Positions 13,138 to 28,100 of a stretch of 64,000 bases of DNA are shown piece after piece (position 1 is the stretch's first letter; each line of letters begins with the position of its first letter). The position numbers were made by a program, and so were the translations under genes. The notes beneath the pieces were generated by a model that was not told where the DNA came from, searched no databases, and saw only the letters and a list, made by a program, of their open reading frames with translations. Source of the stretch: Tubiluchus corallicola (taxonomy: Eukaryota > Animalia > Priapulida); the NCBI GenBank assembly GCA_030141605.1, contig JAQGDQ010000005.1:1612180-1676179 (forward strand), read 5' to 3'.

Positions 13138-16100
13138 TAGGTATTTTATGTATTGGTATAAAAACGTTAATGTCTTTCTGTGAATTCCACAGTTAATTAT
13201 GATTTTGGAGAGTCGTAATTCAGCTGCAGCTGCTTCTTCTGCTAAGCATTTACCAAGCACACATTATTATCGTACGTTCATCAGCTTGGAACAAGAGAAC
13301 AGTTTTCTTCGAAAGAAGCCGGCCAATCCGTGGGAGACGTCATCAAAACTGAAACGTCAGGGTATAATGATACTTTTTCATTGTGTGACGTCAGACAAAA
13401 TTGAAAATTGGTACTTGTTAGACCGAAGATGAAAGCGAGATGCACTGCTTGATAGTTCAAGGTTGTGGGCTGTGGTCCTTGAATAGCCAGTTATATATGT
13501 TTTTGTGCAGCCTGGTCTTTCAGCAGCCATTATTAATGTCTAGGTCCTTATGAATACTGTATAATTGGCACCTTAAACCAGTTCATTTTTTGTTTTAGCT
13601 TATTATATGTGTTATTTGAAGGGGGATCTTAATTCAGTCCACTAATTTTTTGTTGCTTAATATTGAACCATCACTTATGTTAAGACTGTCACATTGGCTA
13701 CTATATGACGTTTAATGTCTATGCATCTTAATCTCTATGGAAAATTAAAAAAATGGATAGAAGTTGAATTGCCTAATGACCTCAGGAAGAAAGACTTCGA
13801 TGACATGAAGTGTGTATTCAAACAAGTGAGATAAAAATTATTGACGAATGTGAGATTCTTATTCACAATTATCTATTTTGGCAGACAGGCTTTTTCAACT
13901 ACCTTCCTCTTTTTTCTCATAATATTTTTTCCACTGCCAGGACTTGCTGAAAGCTTTGGTTGTTTACAAGTAACTGATTTTTAGTTTCTCTGTTGTAGGC
14001 AGAACTTTGCATTTCTGGTGCTTCAGTGCTGGTTCAGCTATGCAGGATCTTGTAGAGAGTGGTGTGCACAGCATTATACTGACAAGTGGCACATTGAGTC
14101 CAATAAGTTCTTTTAAAACAGAAATGAGGATGTAAGCAGAAAGTTTGTATTTTTGTTGAGGTGGCATTATAAGGTCTATAAGTATTATAATTATGTAATC
14201 AGTTAGATTTGGTCTGTTTCTTGCACATTTATTAAGAATAAGTGAAACGTATGCAAATTTTCCAGTCTTCAACAATATCATAATGAGTATAAACTTTTCA
14301 TATAAGTTGTAGTGTTTCTGTGTACTATTTTTAGCAATAGGTTAAATAACTAATGAGGCTTAAGAACATTTAAAAAAAGAAACACTAAGGTCTGTGTCAC
14401 ACAGCTGGACATAACCTGTAAAGTGTAAGTCATATATAGAAAAGCCCCTCATGAAAAATGAAGTTGTGCTAACCAAAGGTCCCTGTCACACAGATAATTC
14501 ATTTGCTGTCTTCTGCCATCCGTGGTTTGTCTAATGTAGGCTGTCAGCCATAATCTGCGCTAGGTTCCTCACAAACCGTTTTAAGCAGTTCACAAAGTAC
14601 CTTATTGCCATTAATTTCATTTGCTGTATGGCATGCTGTAGTCTTCGCTAATGGGAGAATTAGCATGTTTGTGTTCTTATAGTGTCCTGAATTCTTCTTC
14701 ACTTTGCCTATTACTTCAAATGAGTTTAGCCCACATTGTTTGTTTATGTTTTTGTTTTTTAAAATGCATTTGGAACCATAATGCAACTGGATCCAGTGGC
14801 TGATATTTATATGAATTTTCGACATTATGAATGATCCAGAAAATTGATTTGTGCCTCCCGCCAAAAAAACTGATTATGGCAAAATGCTTTGTTAGTTACA
14901 GAGAGCAAAGCATGTACCACGGATTACGACATGCGCCTTATGAAAGTTGGACGGCGCCTTATGGATTAAAGATTATGGCTGCTCCTTATAGCTTTCTCTG
15001 TGTGACACGGGACACATTCATTTCCAAATTACACAGTGAACTGAGCTTCATCGTTATTGATAAATTTGCTCATTGCTATGCTTGTAAAGAAAACTATTGT
15101 CATAGATTTCAATATTTATGCTATTAAACTTTCTTCAATTAGAAATGTTCACTGTATCTTTCTGGCGTTTAGATATTGGGAAATTTGAAAGAAAAAGTAC
15201 TTTTATTTTTATTTTTTTTTTTGTGAAAGTGAACTCATTTTTCTGTTGCAGTCCATTTCCAGTGGAACTACAGAACCTGCACATTATAGAAAAGGAGCAA
15301 GTGTTTGTGAGTGTGGTTACAAAAGGCCCAGATGGAACTAACCTTAGTTCTTCATATGCTAACAGATCAAGCGTTCAATATCAAAAGTCACTTGGCAATA
15401 CCATAGGTACTGTACGGTACTTGTGTCACTTACTGTTTTGCTGTGTAACATAATTACTAGTATTAATTGATGACACTAGGAGACGAGAAGAATCATAACA
15501 TGTATTTCTTGCTTTTGCCATACATGGAAGTTAAGTAGTGTTTGCATTTAATAGGATTATCTCTTCATCTCAGAAAGTGACCCTCATTGGGCACAGAAAT
15601 TTATTTTATTTGTTTATTTTTAATTATTTTTTTTGTATAGGAAAACTTTAAGCCAATATTAAATAGCTTAGTTGTAAAAAAAGTATGTACTAAAACATAA
15701 AACCCCTAAACCCTAAAACTGAGACAGTTAAATAATTAAAACACAGATAAACTAAGGTAAACATACAAAAAATAACATATTAGTAAAAAAAATCTTTGAG
15801 TATCTAACAGAAAAACAGAAATCAATCTAAGACAATTACATATGCAGCTGAAATGATTACAGTAAAATAAAACAGAAAAGGCTACCAGTTTTTAAATCTT
15901 GAATAAAAAAAACTTAATATAAAAGTGACAAGTTAATTGAATATATTAATAAAAATGTTAGTTTTAGCTACACGTGAGGTACTATTTGATTCTAATATTT
16001 TGGTAAACAAAATTTCTTTAGTCTATTTAAGCCTGTTTAAGTATGGCCTTTCTTTAGATTGGGCTACAAGATTCTCTTTTTGGTCACTGTATTTTATCAC

Positions 16101-19100
16101 TTACCAGTATATGCAAAGTCTGGATGCATAGAAAATTACTTTCATGACTGTCTGCAGTGTTGCGAGCAGCGTTATGTCACGTCTGTAGTTGATTGTAATT
16201 GTGGTAAAAATTAATTATAATTATTGACGTGATACCTATCTGAAATTTTGCTACCCACCTCTTTAAATAATGCAAAGTGTTAGAAACTTCCCCATGACTT
16301 GAAATGTTCTGATGCAAGACGTAAGGTGGCTTTAAATTTGCTAAATTTGTTTACAGACACTGCAATTTAATATTTTGTTTTGTTTTTTTCTCAAAAATAA
16401 GCTAAAGTTAAATTGTCACTTTCCTAATAATTAGTAAGTTTATATATTTTGATCCTAATTAATGTGATTAGTATTGATTGTTGTCTACTTGGGCACATTA
16501 ATATAAAACTTGGAGAACGAGAAACAAGTTGCATTTTCTGCTTAGATTAAACATTCTGTTATAATTACTAAATGTATACCGTCACTTTATTTGTCAATTA
16601 TTTTTAATAGACGAAATGAGAAGGAGAATGCAACACTCAAGCCGCCATGTTTTTCCTTCATGCAGTTATTCACAAAAAATACTAACTGGTTACAGTAACA
16701 ATTAATTAGCATCATTTTTACCTTTTAGTGAATTTATCAAGAATTGTACCAGCAGGCATGCTAGTGTTCTTTCCTTCCTATACCGTGATGAACGAATGTT
16801 TTAAGACATGGCAAGATTGTGGCATTGCTGATAACATTAGTAGAAGGAAATGCATTTTTGTTGAACCTAAAGGCAAAGATCAATTTGAATCCGTAAGTGT
16901 CGATTTTTATTTCATATGAAGTGCAGCATGAGTTCACACCAAATTTATTTACCTCAAAACCAAAATTATTAAGTTTAAAATTAAAATTATTAGAAAATGT
17001 AATATAAAAACTAAAATCATTTTGGCAGTGTGGTAGAAGCCAGTTGTTATAGTGATATGGTTTGTGTTGCTTTGCACTTGTTGTGTGTCTGAGCCCTGGA
17101 TTAGGAAAAAGGTTGCTAGTTTTTTAGTTAGGTAATAGCAATTGATTTAGTGCTATCGATTTTTTTTTGTTTACTTGTTTCATGATGTATCTTTATTTCA
17201 TTAGGCCATGTCAGGTTTTTATGAAGCAATTAGAAATCCCGACATGAATGGTGCTGCATTCTTTGCTGTTTGTCGTGGAAAGGTAAATATTTATGTTGCT
17301 GCTTTATGTGTGGGTTTGACAGTATGTCGATTTAGCAGTTTTTTAGCATTGTGGTGGCATTGTTAAAAGTGCTTGTGTTGTCAGTAATTGCTCGAATGTT
17401 CATAGGTTAGTGAAGGACTTGATTTTGCTGACATTAATGGCCGTGCTGTAATCATTACTGGTTTACCATATCCACCTCGCATGGATTCCAGAGTTGTTAT
17501 GAAAATGGAATTCTTAGAAGAGCAGAAACGGCATTTAAAAACGGTTTGTTCCCCTAATTTCCTTATTGACTCAATTGTGTTCTCATAAGTATTACTCATG
17601 ATGTGTTTAAATTAACCAATAAACATTAATCAACAAAAGTTAACCAGTAAACATTTACAGTGTATGCATATCATATGTTTAATAGTTTATCATAAGAAGT
17701 AGTTCACCTGAGTGTATATTTAATTTAGTGATATGTTCTACGTAAATGGATTGAAATCTAGATTTAGTCATGGTTTGTAACAATTGTAAATCATTGTAAA
17801 TCGCATTATTGTAAAAGTAGATTAGGATTGTTACGAAACCAAACTGGATCCGGTTCTGGTTTTGGAACTAGTGGTTTCGGTCCAGTTCCGGTAAAATTGT
17901 TCCGGCAAGCGCCGAACAGCACTTACTTAAAGCCATTCAAAAGATTCATAAAATTTTGCTCGAAATGTTGAAATCTGCAACTTAACGTGTTTATCAAAAA
18001 ACTTTCGTCAAAATATTTAGATAAATATTTAGTCTGATGAAAAAATAGAAGCTTGTGTCTTTGAGTCACCATCACAATAAATCTTCACTGATGCTGAAAC
18101 GAGGACAATACCCGAAGTTTGCGTCCATAGTAACAGCTCGAAAGTGTGCGCTGGCAAAAATTTGTTTAAAAATTCTTGGTAATGTGCCAGGAAAAAAATT
18201 TTGCTGTATGTAAACTTTGCAGTGGAAAGTATAGTAGAGGGGTGGCTGCAACATCTGAGAGTGCATTTGGTACGTGACATGTAAGTATGATGTTGGAAAA
18301 TGAACGACCATGTGGGATGATAGAGCTAGTATCAATTCAATGTAATATCTGTATGAATAAATTCCGTTTTTGGCACCTCAGCTTTAGTGAAGTGTCTGTG
18401 AAGGTATTCTTGCCTGTGATCAAGATTAACAAGCACTGTTTATCTACATGAATTTTGTCATTTCCGACCCGGTTCCGGTTCGAATTTCAGTTAGAGTTCT
18501 GGTTACCTAGATGCCATAACAACCCTAAAGTAGATTACAGGTATACACACAAAAATATAGATATAAATATAAATATTTTGTTGCTACAGTTTTTAAAGCT
18601 TTATGTCACTAAATAGTTTATAACATTATGTTGTGCTAATACATTTTTCACGCGCTTATCTTTTGTTATAAAACTGTTTGTCCTTTACTATAGGGTTGCA
18701 TATCTGGTGAACAATGGTACAGACTTTGTGCTACAAGAGCTGTTAACCAGGCAATAGGACGTGTCATTCGTCATCGGCGAGATTTTGGCAGCATAATGCT
18801 ATGTGATAGCAGGTATACGTAAAACATTATAAAGAATGCCTTTGCATTAATTAGATATTAAGAAAGATATTGGATATAAATTCGTAATTACATCTTTACA
18901 GAATACTTCATAGTAAGAAAATAAAAGTTGTTAATTATCTTAAAAACATATTGAACATGTTTTACCTGTGCTTTTTTGTTGTAAACTTGGCTGACCATTA
19001 TGTAAATGATTGCTTCTGCTGACAAAAGTTAAGTATTAGCAAGGTAACATTTCATTTTGTTATTCAGTAAGTGCATTTGAAGTTAAAGCTTCTAATAACA

Positions 19101-22100
19101 CTAGACTTTTGCGAGATACTGAAAATTAACTTAACAGACAGGCACAAGATCGACTTTCTAGATTGTTCCACATTGAAATACTAAAATATAGTGTCACTCG
19201 TCTCCTAACTTACTTTCTATGGTATGGCTGTTGAGAGCAATTTAAATGTAGCAAATGGTTTTATATCCTAGTGCTGCTTTATTAGATTTCAAGGCCATGA
19301 CATCAGGCAGCAGTTGTCGAAGTGGGTACAACCACATGTATCCGTGTACGAGAAGTTTGGTTGTGTACTTCGAGATCTTACTGGTTTTTTGACGAAAGCT
19401 GAAGAAAAAGTAACACTTTTTTTCATAATTGTCAATATAATAATATTTTTACATTTATTTAAACTGCAAAATGATGCAACTACAAAATTATCTTGTTTTA
19501 GTCTGTTTGTTTGTTTTTTGTGATTTTGTGGTTATTACATTTTGAATAAATTAGTTTAACAAAAGAATAACTTTCATTCACAAAAATGTTTTTTTTTACC
19601 AAGACCATTTTGTGCTATATTGATTATTTTTCTTAAATTATAATTTCAACACTGTACATGAAGAATGTCATCATTTTTTGGAGGCTAATAGCTTGAGTTT
19701 TAGTAATGTGAAATTCAGTGACTTGTAATTATTCTGTATGTTTTTGACAGTTTCCTTATGAGGGAGACTATAAGAAGAGAATTAAAGTAGACAAGAATGA
19801 GCCTGGTTGTCAGGGTGCAAGCTTTTTACCTAGTTCCTCCACTCACACAGTCAGTGCAACTGGGAAACAAGTTCGGAGAGCTCGAGAAGAGGTACCATCC
19901 TAATATTCAGCGATGCATTCCTTGCATTGCTGTCATTTATGTTCCCTGATTAACTTTATATACAGGGTATCCTAGAAGTTACTGTACACTTTACATGTTC
20001 CTTATTTTTAACAAACGCAAAATGTTTGAAAATTAGTTACAGATGAGCTGAAACATTGGCCAATTCTTTTGGTCTAATTAGGTAAAAATCTGAGTAGAAT
20101 ACTGCACTAGTAAGAGTTGGTTATCTTGCGTTGAAAAAGTCTGTCATAGCCCGATATTAAGTGATGAAGGGTTCCAACTTGTTGGAAAACTATATTGATT
20201 GTAGTTTGTTCCATATTAGTAGTTTGTTCCATTTCCGCTGTACTTCAGATCTCGAACAAAGAAGCTCGTGCCGGGCTGATTTTGCACCCGTTTTCTAATG
20301 TTACTGTCATCATCATAGCAAAACAGTTAAAACTAAATAATAAGAATTGCCCAAGGTTTTAGTTCATTTGTACCAATTTTCAGACATTTTGTTTCATTTG
20401 TTAAAAAAGTGTAGAAAATATAATGTATATAGTGTAAAAAGTATATAGTGACTATTTACTATGGCTGTTTGAGACATGGATGATTGCTTGATACCAGTAT
20501 TTTCTCTTTGCTGTTGAGACTAAAAATTATCTTTTCTTTGTATTATTTTTGCTATCATTGATTAGGTCATATTTCTTCTGTAGGCGGAGTTCACGAATGA
20601 AGATATCTCGTCACAGTATTCAGGAGCGAAAAGAGTAAAGTCTGATCACTTGGAAACTGGTTTGTTGGCATTATTAGATGACAACAGACCTCAGGTGATT
20701 GTTGCATATTCACTTTGTTCACTTAGCTGGAATTAAATTCAGAATACTGATTTAACATAACTACTAGGCTCTCAATTATGGGATTCATTTTAATTTGAGA
20801 GTTTCGGGATTGGGTTAAGGTTAATCCAGGGATCGGGATCGGGATTGCAAATGTATCATTTTGAAATGAAATTTCTGCATCCTGCATTCGTATAATTACA
20901 CTTAAAAATATGCAATTTATGCTTGTTGCAGCTGAACTCACGTATCATACTGTTTTAAAAAGGTCTAAAAGGAGAACTCGGATGCCAATATTATTTTATT
21001 TTATAAAAGTTGAAAGATGGGAGTAACATGCAAAACTAAAAAGTGCGATTGGAAAACATTTGAAAAATTTCTAAATTACAACATTAAATATTTTTCAACT
21101 AGATTAGCTTGAAAATCATTTAAGATCTGCCTTAGGTCACGTTACTAAGAGAAGCAGTATTCTGCTCCTTTTTCTAATCTTGAAACCCCCGGATTGACAG
21201 CAGTAGTCCCAGGACTAGAAAATTTCTAGTGCTGGCACTACTGGTCTTCATTGAGACCCCTAATATTGATACGACCTGTTGTTACACTTTGTAGGCACTG
21301 AATGTATGGCAGGAATTGAGTCACTATGTAGACAAGATTTTTTTCCTTTTGACACAAAGTAGAAAACAAGTGTTATTATAATTTATTGGAGAAAACACGG
21401 TCAACTGTGTCATAGGCAAAATGCCTTTGCTTGGCTATTTTTCAAACCCATAACTTCACCTAACATGCAGGAGTCTGTCATGAACTTTATTTATATTTCA
21501 GTTCCATTTAGATTCAAATTATAACACAAAAGATGTTCTTAAAGTCTTCTGTAATTATTTGTTTAATTGTTTATAGACACTGGACTGGGACACAACACCA
21601 CTGCTAACAGCATCTGAAGGGCAAGTTACCAAACGGAAGAGAAAAAAGCTGCACAAGAAGATCAAAGTATTTTAACTTATAAACAAATTGACATTAAATG
21701 TCACATTTACTTTTTACAGTTATTTATTGTAAAATGTGAAAACTATCTATTTTGTAGGTTGTGAGTCACCGTCAACAGAATTTTAACGTGGGAAATTTTT
21801 ATCAGCATGCGCCAACACCTGAAGACAATGCAAAAATTTCTGTCGAAGATATGCATAAAAACCTACTTCTATCTATCGAGGATGAAAAACAGAAAAAACA
21901 AAACTTCTGTGGAAAGTTTTTGAAGCAGGTACTTGATTTTATTTAATTATCCTGTTTAGACATGACTTTGAAATTATGGTACTTTTTTAATTTTTTAAAT
22001 TTTATACTGGGATGTCTGTATTGCAGCTGGAAAAGTCACTTGGAGAAGCAAAGTGGCAGAGATTAAAGAAGGATCTGGCATTGTATAAAAAACAGCGTAA

Positions 22101-25100
22101 TATTGACAAATTTTCATTCAAATTAATTAGGCTAGTTCCTCACAGATCTCTGGAATTATATCAAGGTAAATACAATAGTGCTTAATTCTTTTTTAAATAA
22201 CGATTTTGTAAAGAACAATTGTATTATAAGAGGAAAAGTCTATGTTTTTTATTAGTTAACTTTATTGGTACTAAAATCAAATTAGTACTGAATGTTTTGT
22301 CATGTTCAATTACATTAAAATTTCAAATATATTGAACTAAAGTTACAAACTACATGATTTACAATGATGCTCTGACTGAAAGCATCATTAGTTGTAGATG
22401 CTGATAATCCGATGAAGCAAAATCATGTTTTTGTTTGATGTCGCATCAAAATTGGATGGATTTATACTGCGGTTATTTCAAATACAGTAGGCGCTGTTTA
22501 CTAGACTTGTGGTTAATGAATCAGTTGCCTAATACTTAAAATAAGACACTTGTGTGTGCCCAAAGAGCTTTTACTGTTTTATGTCATCTTTATGTCGAAT
22601 TTGTGCACTGTAATAAAAGTAGAAATGTTAAGTACAGCTTTCTTTGTAAGCAGATACGTGTATCATGCACACTAGCGTAGAGGTTTTGATTTGAATATGA
22701 CACTCGCTTTTCTGCTAACATTAACATCAATTTTTTTTGGGAGCTAAATATTTAATTAGTTGCTTACTTTTGCTTTTGCTTTTGAAGCTCTTGCTGTTTT
22801 TCGCAGGGAAAACAAAGTCATCGCCAGTTGCAGCTCAATCAATAGGTGTTTTGCACAAAAACGTACAGCACACAGCAATAGATTAACAACATTTTTATCA
22901 TTATAAGAATTTTATATAAATCAACTTCTTCGTGAAGAAATGAAGTAACCGACCTTGCACGAATTTTTGTAATTTTTAGTGATGATTATGAGATTTGTGC
23001 GATTTTTTTTATTTCTTTTTATATTAATCCATTTATGTAGTAATCCAGTATTCTTAAACAATTTCACATGGGAATTTTGACATTATTTCGTTTCTAAAAT
23101 TCATTTACAGCCTTTGCAATGCATACTAAGGTGATGAAATGACTCTTCTATAGTGGTAATATGCTACACTTGTTGGCTAATTGAATCAGTCGGCTAATTG
23201 AGTCAAAACACTTCCATCCCAAAGTGTGTCTATTAAGCAGCGAATACTGTACTACTTTTTGCCAAAATCATGCAACATGTTACTACAGATGTTCAGTAGT
23301 TTTTGTTTTCTACATTTAGGTTTATGTGCATTCTTGCCCACACATCACAAGCCTCGAATGGTTGACATACTTTACACTGAAGTTTATGAATCATTCATTC
23401 CGTCACTGATTGAACTCAGAACAGGCATGTATATTATATAATCCACAGTCCCATAGTTTTTTAGTGGTGCTAACCAGTAACTGATACAATGCCATACCAA
23501 TACAAGTAACTCACGTAAAGTATGTATTGTTTATCTGTGATGCCATTACGTTTTATAGGTGATAAACTGTTTGCCAAGTTAAAAAAAATACATGTAGCTT
23601 TAATACGGCGATGATTCAGCAGTCATTTATTTGAGTCATTAGTGTTTTCACACGTACAACGGTTTATTAGTCAGATTTGGCATTTTTGTTTAACATGAAT
23701 GCACATGCAAAACTGGTATGCAATTGCAAACTTCTATACAGTATGCAGATAAGTTTAGTGCCACAACATGATCAGTGTGGTTGGTTTTAATGGGAAAGTT
23801 TTATTGAAGATACAACTTAATGTCTTGCTTGAGGTTACTGAAATATCACATTTTGAAGTCACTGTTTCACAGTACACTGTGTAGTGTTTCCAGCAGCTGA
23901 TACAGTAAATCCTGCTTCATCGTTGTCACAGTTGTGCAAAGTTTTAAAAAGTGTTTAGAACAAAGATGCTGATCTAGTTCAAGTTAAAGCGCAGGACAAT
24001 TGTGTGGTCTTATGACCCAATTTTGCGTCTTCACAGAGCACAATTGGATTTAAAAAGGAAAGTTTGAATTTGATAAATGACAAATTTTACTAGGTTAGAG
24101 CATTATATAGTTCCATTCCAGCAATAGTGGCCACAATAAGCGGCTGGATTTATTATCAATGGATTTATTTAGTGGATTCTACTGTATAATGCTGTCAATG
24201 AGTGCTTGTTTATGCAAACCCTGGTGAATCTGCTCGAGTCTTTTGTATCTGTTTGAGTTAGTACAAAATTTTGCATATCATGTATGTCTTTACTGGTGAT
24301 TTTTGTAACATCAGACCAAACCCGATTCCCCAAGGATAAGGCTTTGTTAGTATGATGTGTTAGAATTAAACCCTAGGCTGTACAATAGGTTGAGTATTGT
24401 TTCACTTGTTATTACTCATGGGTTTTCAATGATAATACTGTGCATAGTAGGTGCTTGATTAACATTTTTCTGATTCGTAATAAAAAGGTATGTTATCATG
24501 CGGCTTTGTTTTGAATAAGCAAAGGGCTCCATTATCGTTTATATTCAAATTTAAACATTTTGTATTTATTATTGTTTGTAGGGTGTTTTAGCGACAGACA
24601 AATGATGTTTAAGCGGTGCTTACAGAATTCTCAACAGCAACCTTCTAGATTACTACTGTGGAAGTGGATTAGCAGTGTAATAGAGGCGACACGTAAAAAT
24701 CAATGTAATGTGGCTGAACTTGATTTTAGGATACCGGCAAATGATTTGTTGCATGAACTTCTAGTAAAAACTAAGCCTTGGATTAACGATGATCAACTTA
24801 GTGAGGTGGAAGATAGTATACAGACGGCATCAGATGGAGGTGCTAAAAATATAACAAGTGACTCAGTTGAAGCATTTGTAAAGAATCATGAGGACTTGCT
24901 AGAAAATATAGATACGTGCCAAATTAATTCTAATGATGATTGTGCATGTACACCTTTTAGAGAAGTTGAAACATGCAAAAGTAACCATAAATTGTTACCA
25001 CCTGATAATGCGATCCAATTGTTAGAAGATCAAAACATTTTGGTTACACATGTTTTAACAGATCCACAAGATAATGGACGTGCTTTGTCTGAACCTTCTA

Positions 25101-28100
25101 CCCCAAGTAAATTACAGGAGGCGTGTGAAGATAATGCTAGTCGATTAACAGATATGGATAAAATTTGTGACCATGGTAAAGTGACAGTCAGTGACAACTT
25201 TTCAGAACCTACCAGTAACAGCGAATCACATTCACTTTGTCAATCTGCTGCTATTGGCAGTTTTGTCTCGGAATCGAGTATTGAAGTGGCGAATAACAAT
25301 GACATGAAGGAAATACTCAAGACGGACTGTTTGCAGCCTACAAATACAAACTGCTTGGTTTGTGAATGTAGACAAGTCAAGTTGCCTGTGATGATGAAAA
25401 CTTGTGGCCATGTTTGTTGCAAACTTTGTTGGCACAGCTACATTACTAAGGTAAGTATTAATTTTAAAAATTCCCTTTTACACTTCCTGTAATGTATATT
25501 CAGTCTCTAAAAATTGTTCTGATTGAAGGGCGATTCTTCTGTCGATGGTTTAATTATTGCCATCTTAGAAAACTTTTTTAGTTTTCTATTGTTGTCTTTC
25601 TCTCAGCTGCTTCTTACTCAAATTGATATCTTAAGCTGACCACAATTATGCTTGCTAAAGGTTTGTTTTATGTTTTTTTCCTTGCAGTGCATGTAAGTGT
25701 AGGACAATAAAAATAATTTATTTTCTTGGTTTTCTGCATTACTAACCTTTTGCATTTTAGCTCAAATCTAAAACTGTCATCAAGATTGTTTTAGAATAAT
25801 AAAATTGGTTGTACCTTTATTTCAAGCCTGAGCACGAAAATTGCTTCTTCCAACTCTGGCTTTCATTCAATGTTTCCCACAATAGTGAACATTCGTTTCT
25901 TCCTCAAACCTGATGTGACTCCCACAAACCTTGCTATGACACTAGTTTCCTAAACTTTGCTGCTGAAATTTTGCCCTAGTCTGTTTGAATATTATTGATC
26001 AGAAATGAAGTAGGCAATTGGCAAAACAAAATTATGTGAAGCAAACTTCACAAGGATTGGCTTTGCAAATACTGCGACCTATCAAGTTAAAAGTTGTGAC
26101 AAAATTATATAGTGTTGACAGGAATGAAAAAAAAACTTGTACAGCAAGCAGACAATGTTTAAATCTATCCTACATTATTATAACATTTTCTGTGTAGACA
26201 ACTGTGCCCATTGGATCATGGAAGAATAACATTTCAATACTTACCTTTAGGGATGGTTTATATTAAAGATAAGCTGCAAGAGTTGGTGCTCTGCACAAAA
26301 ACTTTAAATAAACCCAGGGATGTTAATTTTTTACTTTTCGAAAACGGCTCTAATTATTGTTAGTGCATTGTAATTTTGACATTTAAAATTTACTGTTACG
26401 CAGTAGAAATTGTTAGACTAGTTTTTATGCTGTATGGGTAAAGTGAATTTACAATTCTAATTGTTCTAACTTTTCCACTAGATGACAGCACAATGTAACT
26501 CAGCTTCAGCGATGCTTTTGGTTATATCGTATATGATTATATCGTACCATAAGTGTTTTCTAAAACGGCTCGTCCCTGACGTATATGCCTACGAAAAATG
26601 ATAAATTGAGCCCCATATTTCTCATTGCAGTAAAAATTAAACATTTATGTATAGAAGTGCCAGTAATAAAGTCCTACTTTTAGAGGCGTTGAGTAAAAGT
26701 TTCCTATAAGAAAATTTTATTATTGACATATGTTGTAATACCTAAGTGTTAAAATGATCTGCAAAGTTTAGTTCATATTATTGAAATCTTCAATGATGAA
26801 GCTGTAATACAAACTAGTCTTAGCTGTGCTCATAATACAGGTGCAAAAATTCTTCTATGTTAATACTAGATTATTATTATCATTAATATTTAGATATACA
26901 CATTAGAAGTTAATTAGCGATTTTGTGCGTTGCGTAATAATTTTAAAGCAGCAAATATTTTTTGTTTTAATTTTTGACAGTCTTAGCAACTTTGTATTAG
27001 TTATAGATTTATTTAACATTTTAGCATCAATGTATCTGCATAAATATGTGTCCTTACAATCACGTTAAAACTTTGCCTGCAACTAGAGGCCCATTTATGT
27101 AAATATATACTTTAACATAAAAGATTATCAGTCATCATTACCATCGTGTTTGTTGTTATTAACGCAAGCCTCACCCACTTGTCTAAAATGTTCAACAGGG
27201 AACACGATGGACGATTTAGCGATTAGAGACGGTGAAATAAACAAGATAAGAACAAAAACTGCATGTTATGGCTATGAGGAAATCACTGAAGGTTCTTGAC
27301 TATGACTATTATAGTTAGATAAATAGATAGATAGAAACTTTTTTTGTATAAAAATATGTATCCAAATATTTGCATACAACCTGTCACAATTTTCAATATT
27401 AAAGTAGACCCATCACTGAGATCCCAATTATCAGTATTATGAACTGAATAAAGATTCTGATAGCGTCAGTTCTAGATTTCTGCCCATCCGTTTGTCCCTC
27501 CGATGTTCACAATTAGGCTTTCTCTTTTTTCTGCAATGAATGATCAGATCGACACGAAATATCTTGTAATCCAAACTCTAGATCCTGTCTAACAAATTAG
27601 AAACTCTAGTTATGAATAACTGCAGAGCTTTAGGCTACTGAAGCGTTAATTGCAACTTAATGAACTTTCACTCTGTTATTACTCTCTTCATCCAATGAAC
27701 AAAAAAAGACAAAAATGGCTTAGACAATCGACGGGACTCAGGAAAGTTTCTCGATACTGTATAGTGAATTAGAAAATCTAGTTGTGAATGACTTCAGAGT
27801 GTTACGCTTTTAATTGATTAATTAATTAACTGAGACAGACGCTGAAAATCGCGACTTTGTTGGAAAAGGTTCTGATTGCTTGTCTTGTGTGCCATTCACC
27901 CGAGTTTCGTGACCTTAGGAGCCTTCGTTGCAGAAGTATGAGAAAAGATTAATTGTGGACACCGGTCCTGGACGAATAAGGATCCCTGCTTTAATAAAAT
28001 CAGGTCCTCCTGGAATTGAATAAGGAAGTAATACATGATTTTTAAAGGTGTAGAAACTCACTACAACACAAGTTATTATGTAACTCGCATTTCAGTATAC

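Noticed and set aside
20763-21206. Possible hAT MITE with CGGGAT repeats (similar fragments at ~6031, ~40027-40070, ~51320-51704)
   Set aside because: Likely TE debris, but TIR pairs and TSDs could not be established.
26198-26270. Alternative RING-closing exon (QLCPLDHG) in the last RTEL1 intron
   Set aside because: The AG acceptor puts CPLD out of phase with the phase-0 donor at 25450.
27900-27945. Penelope/hammerhead-like terminal motif
   Set aside because: Catalytic core too degenerate and no associated ORF remnant.
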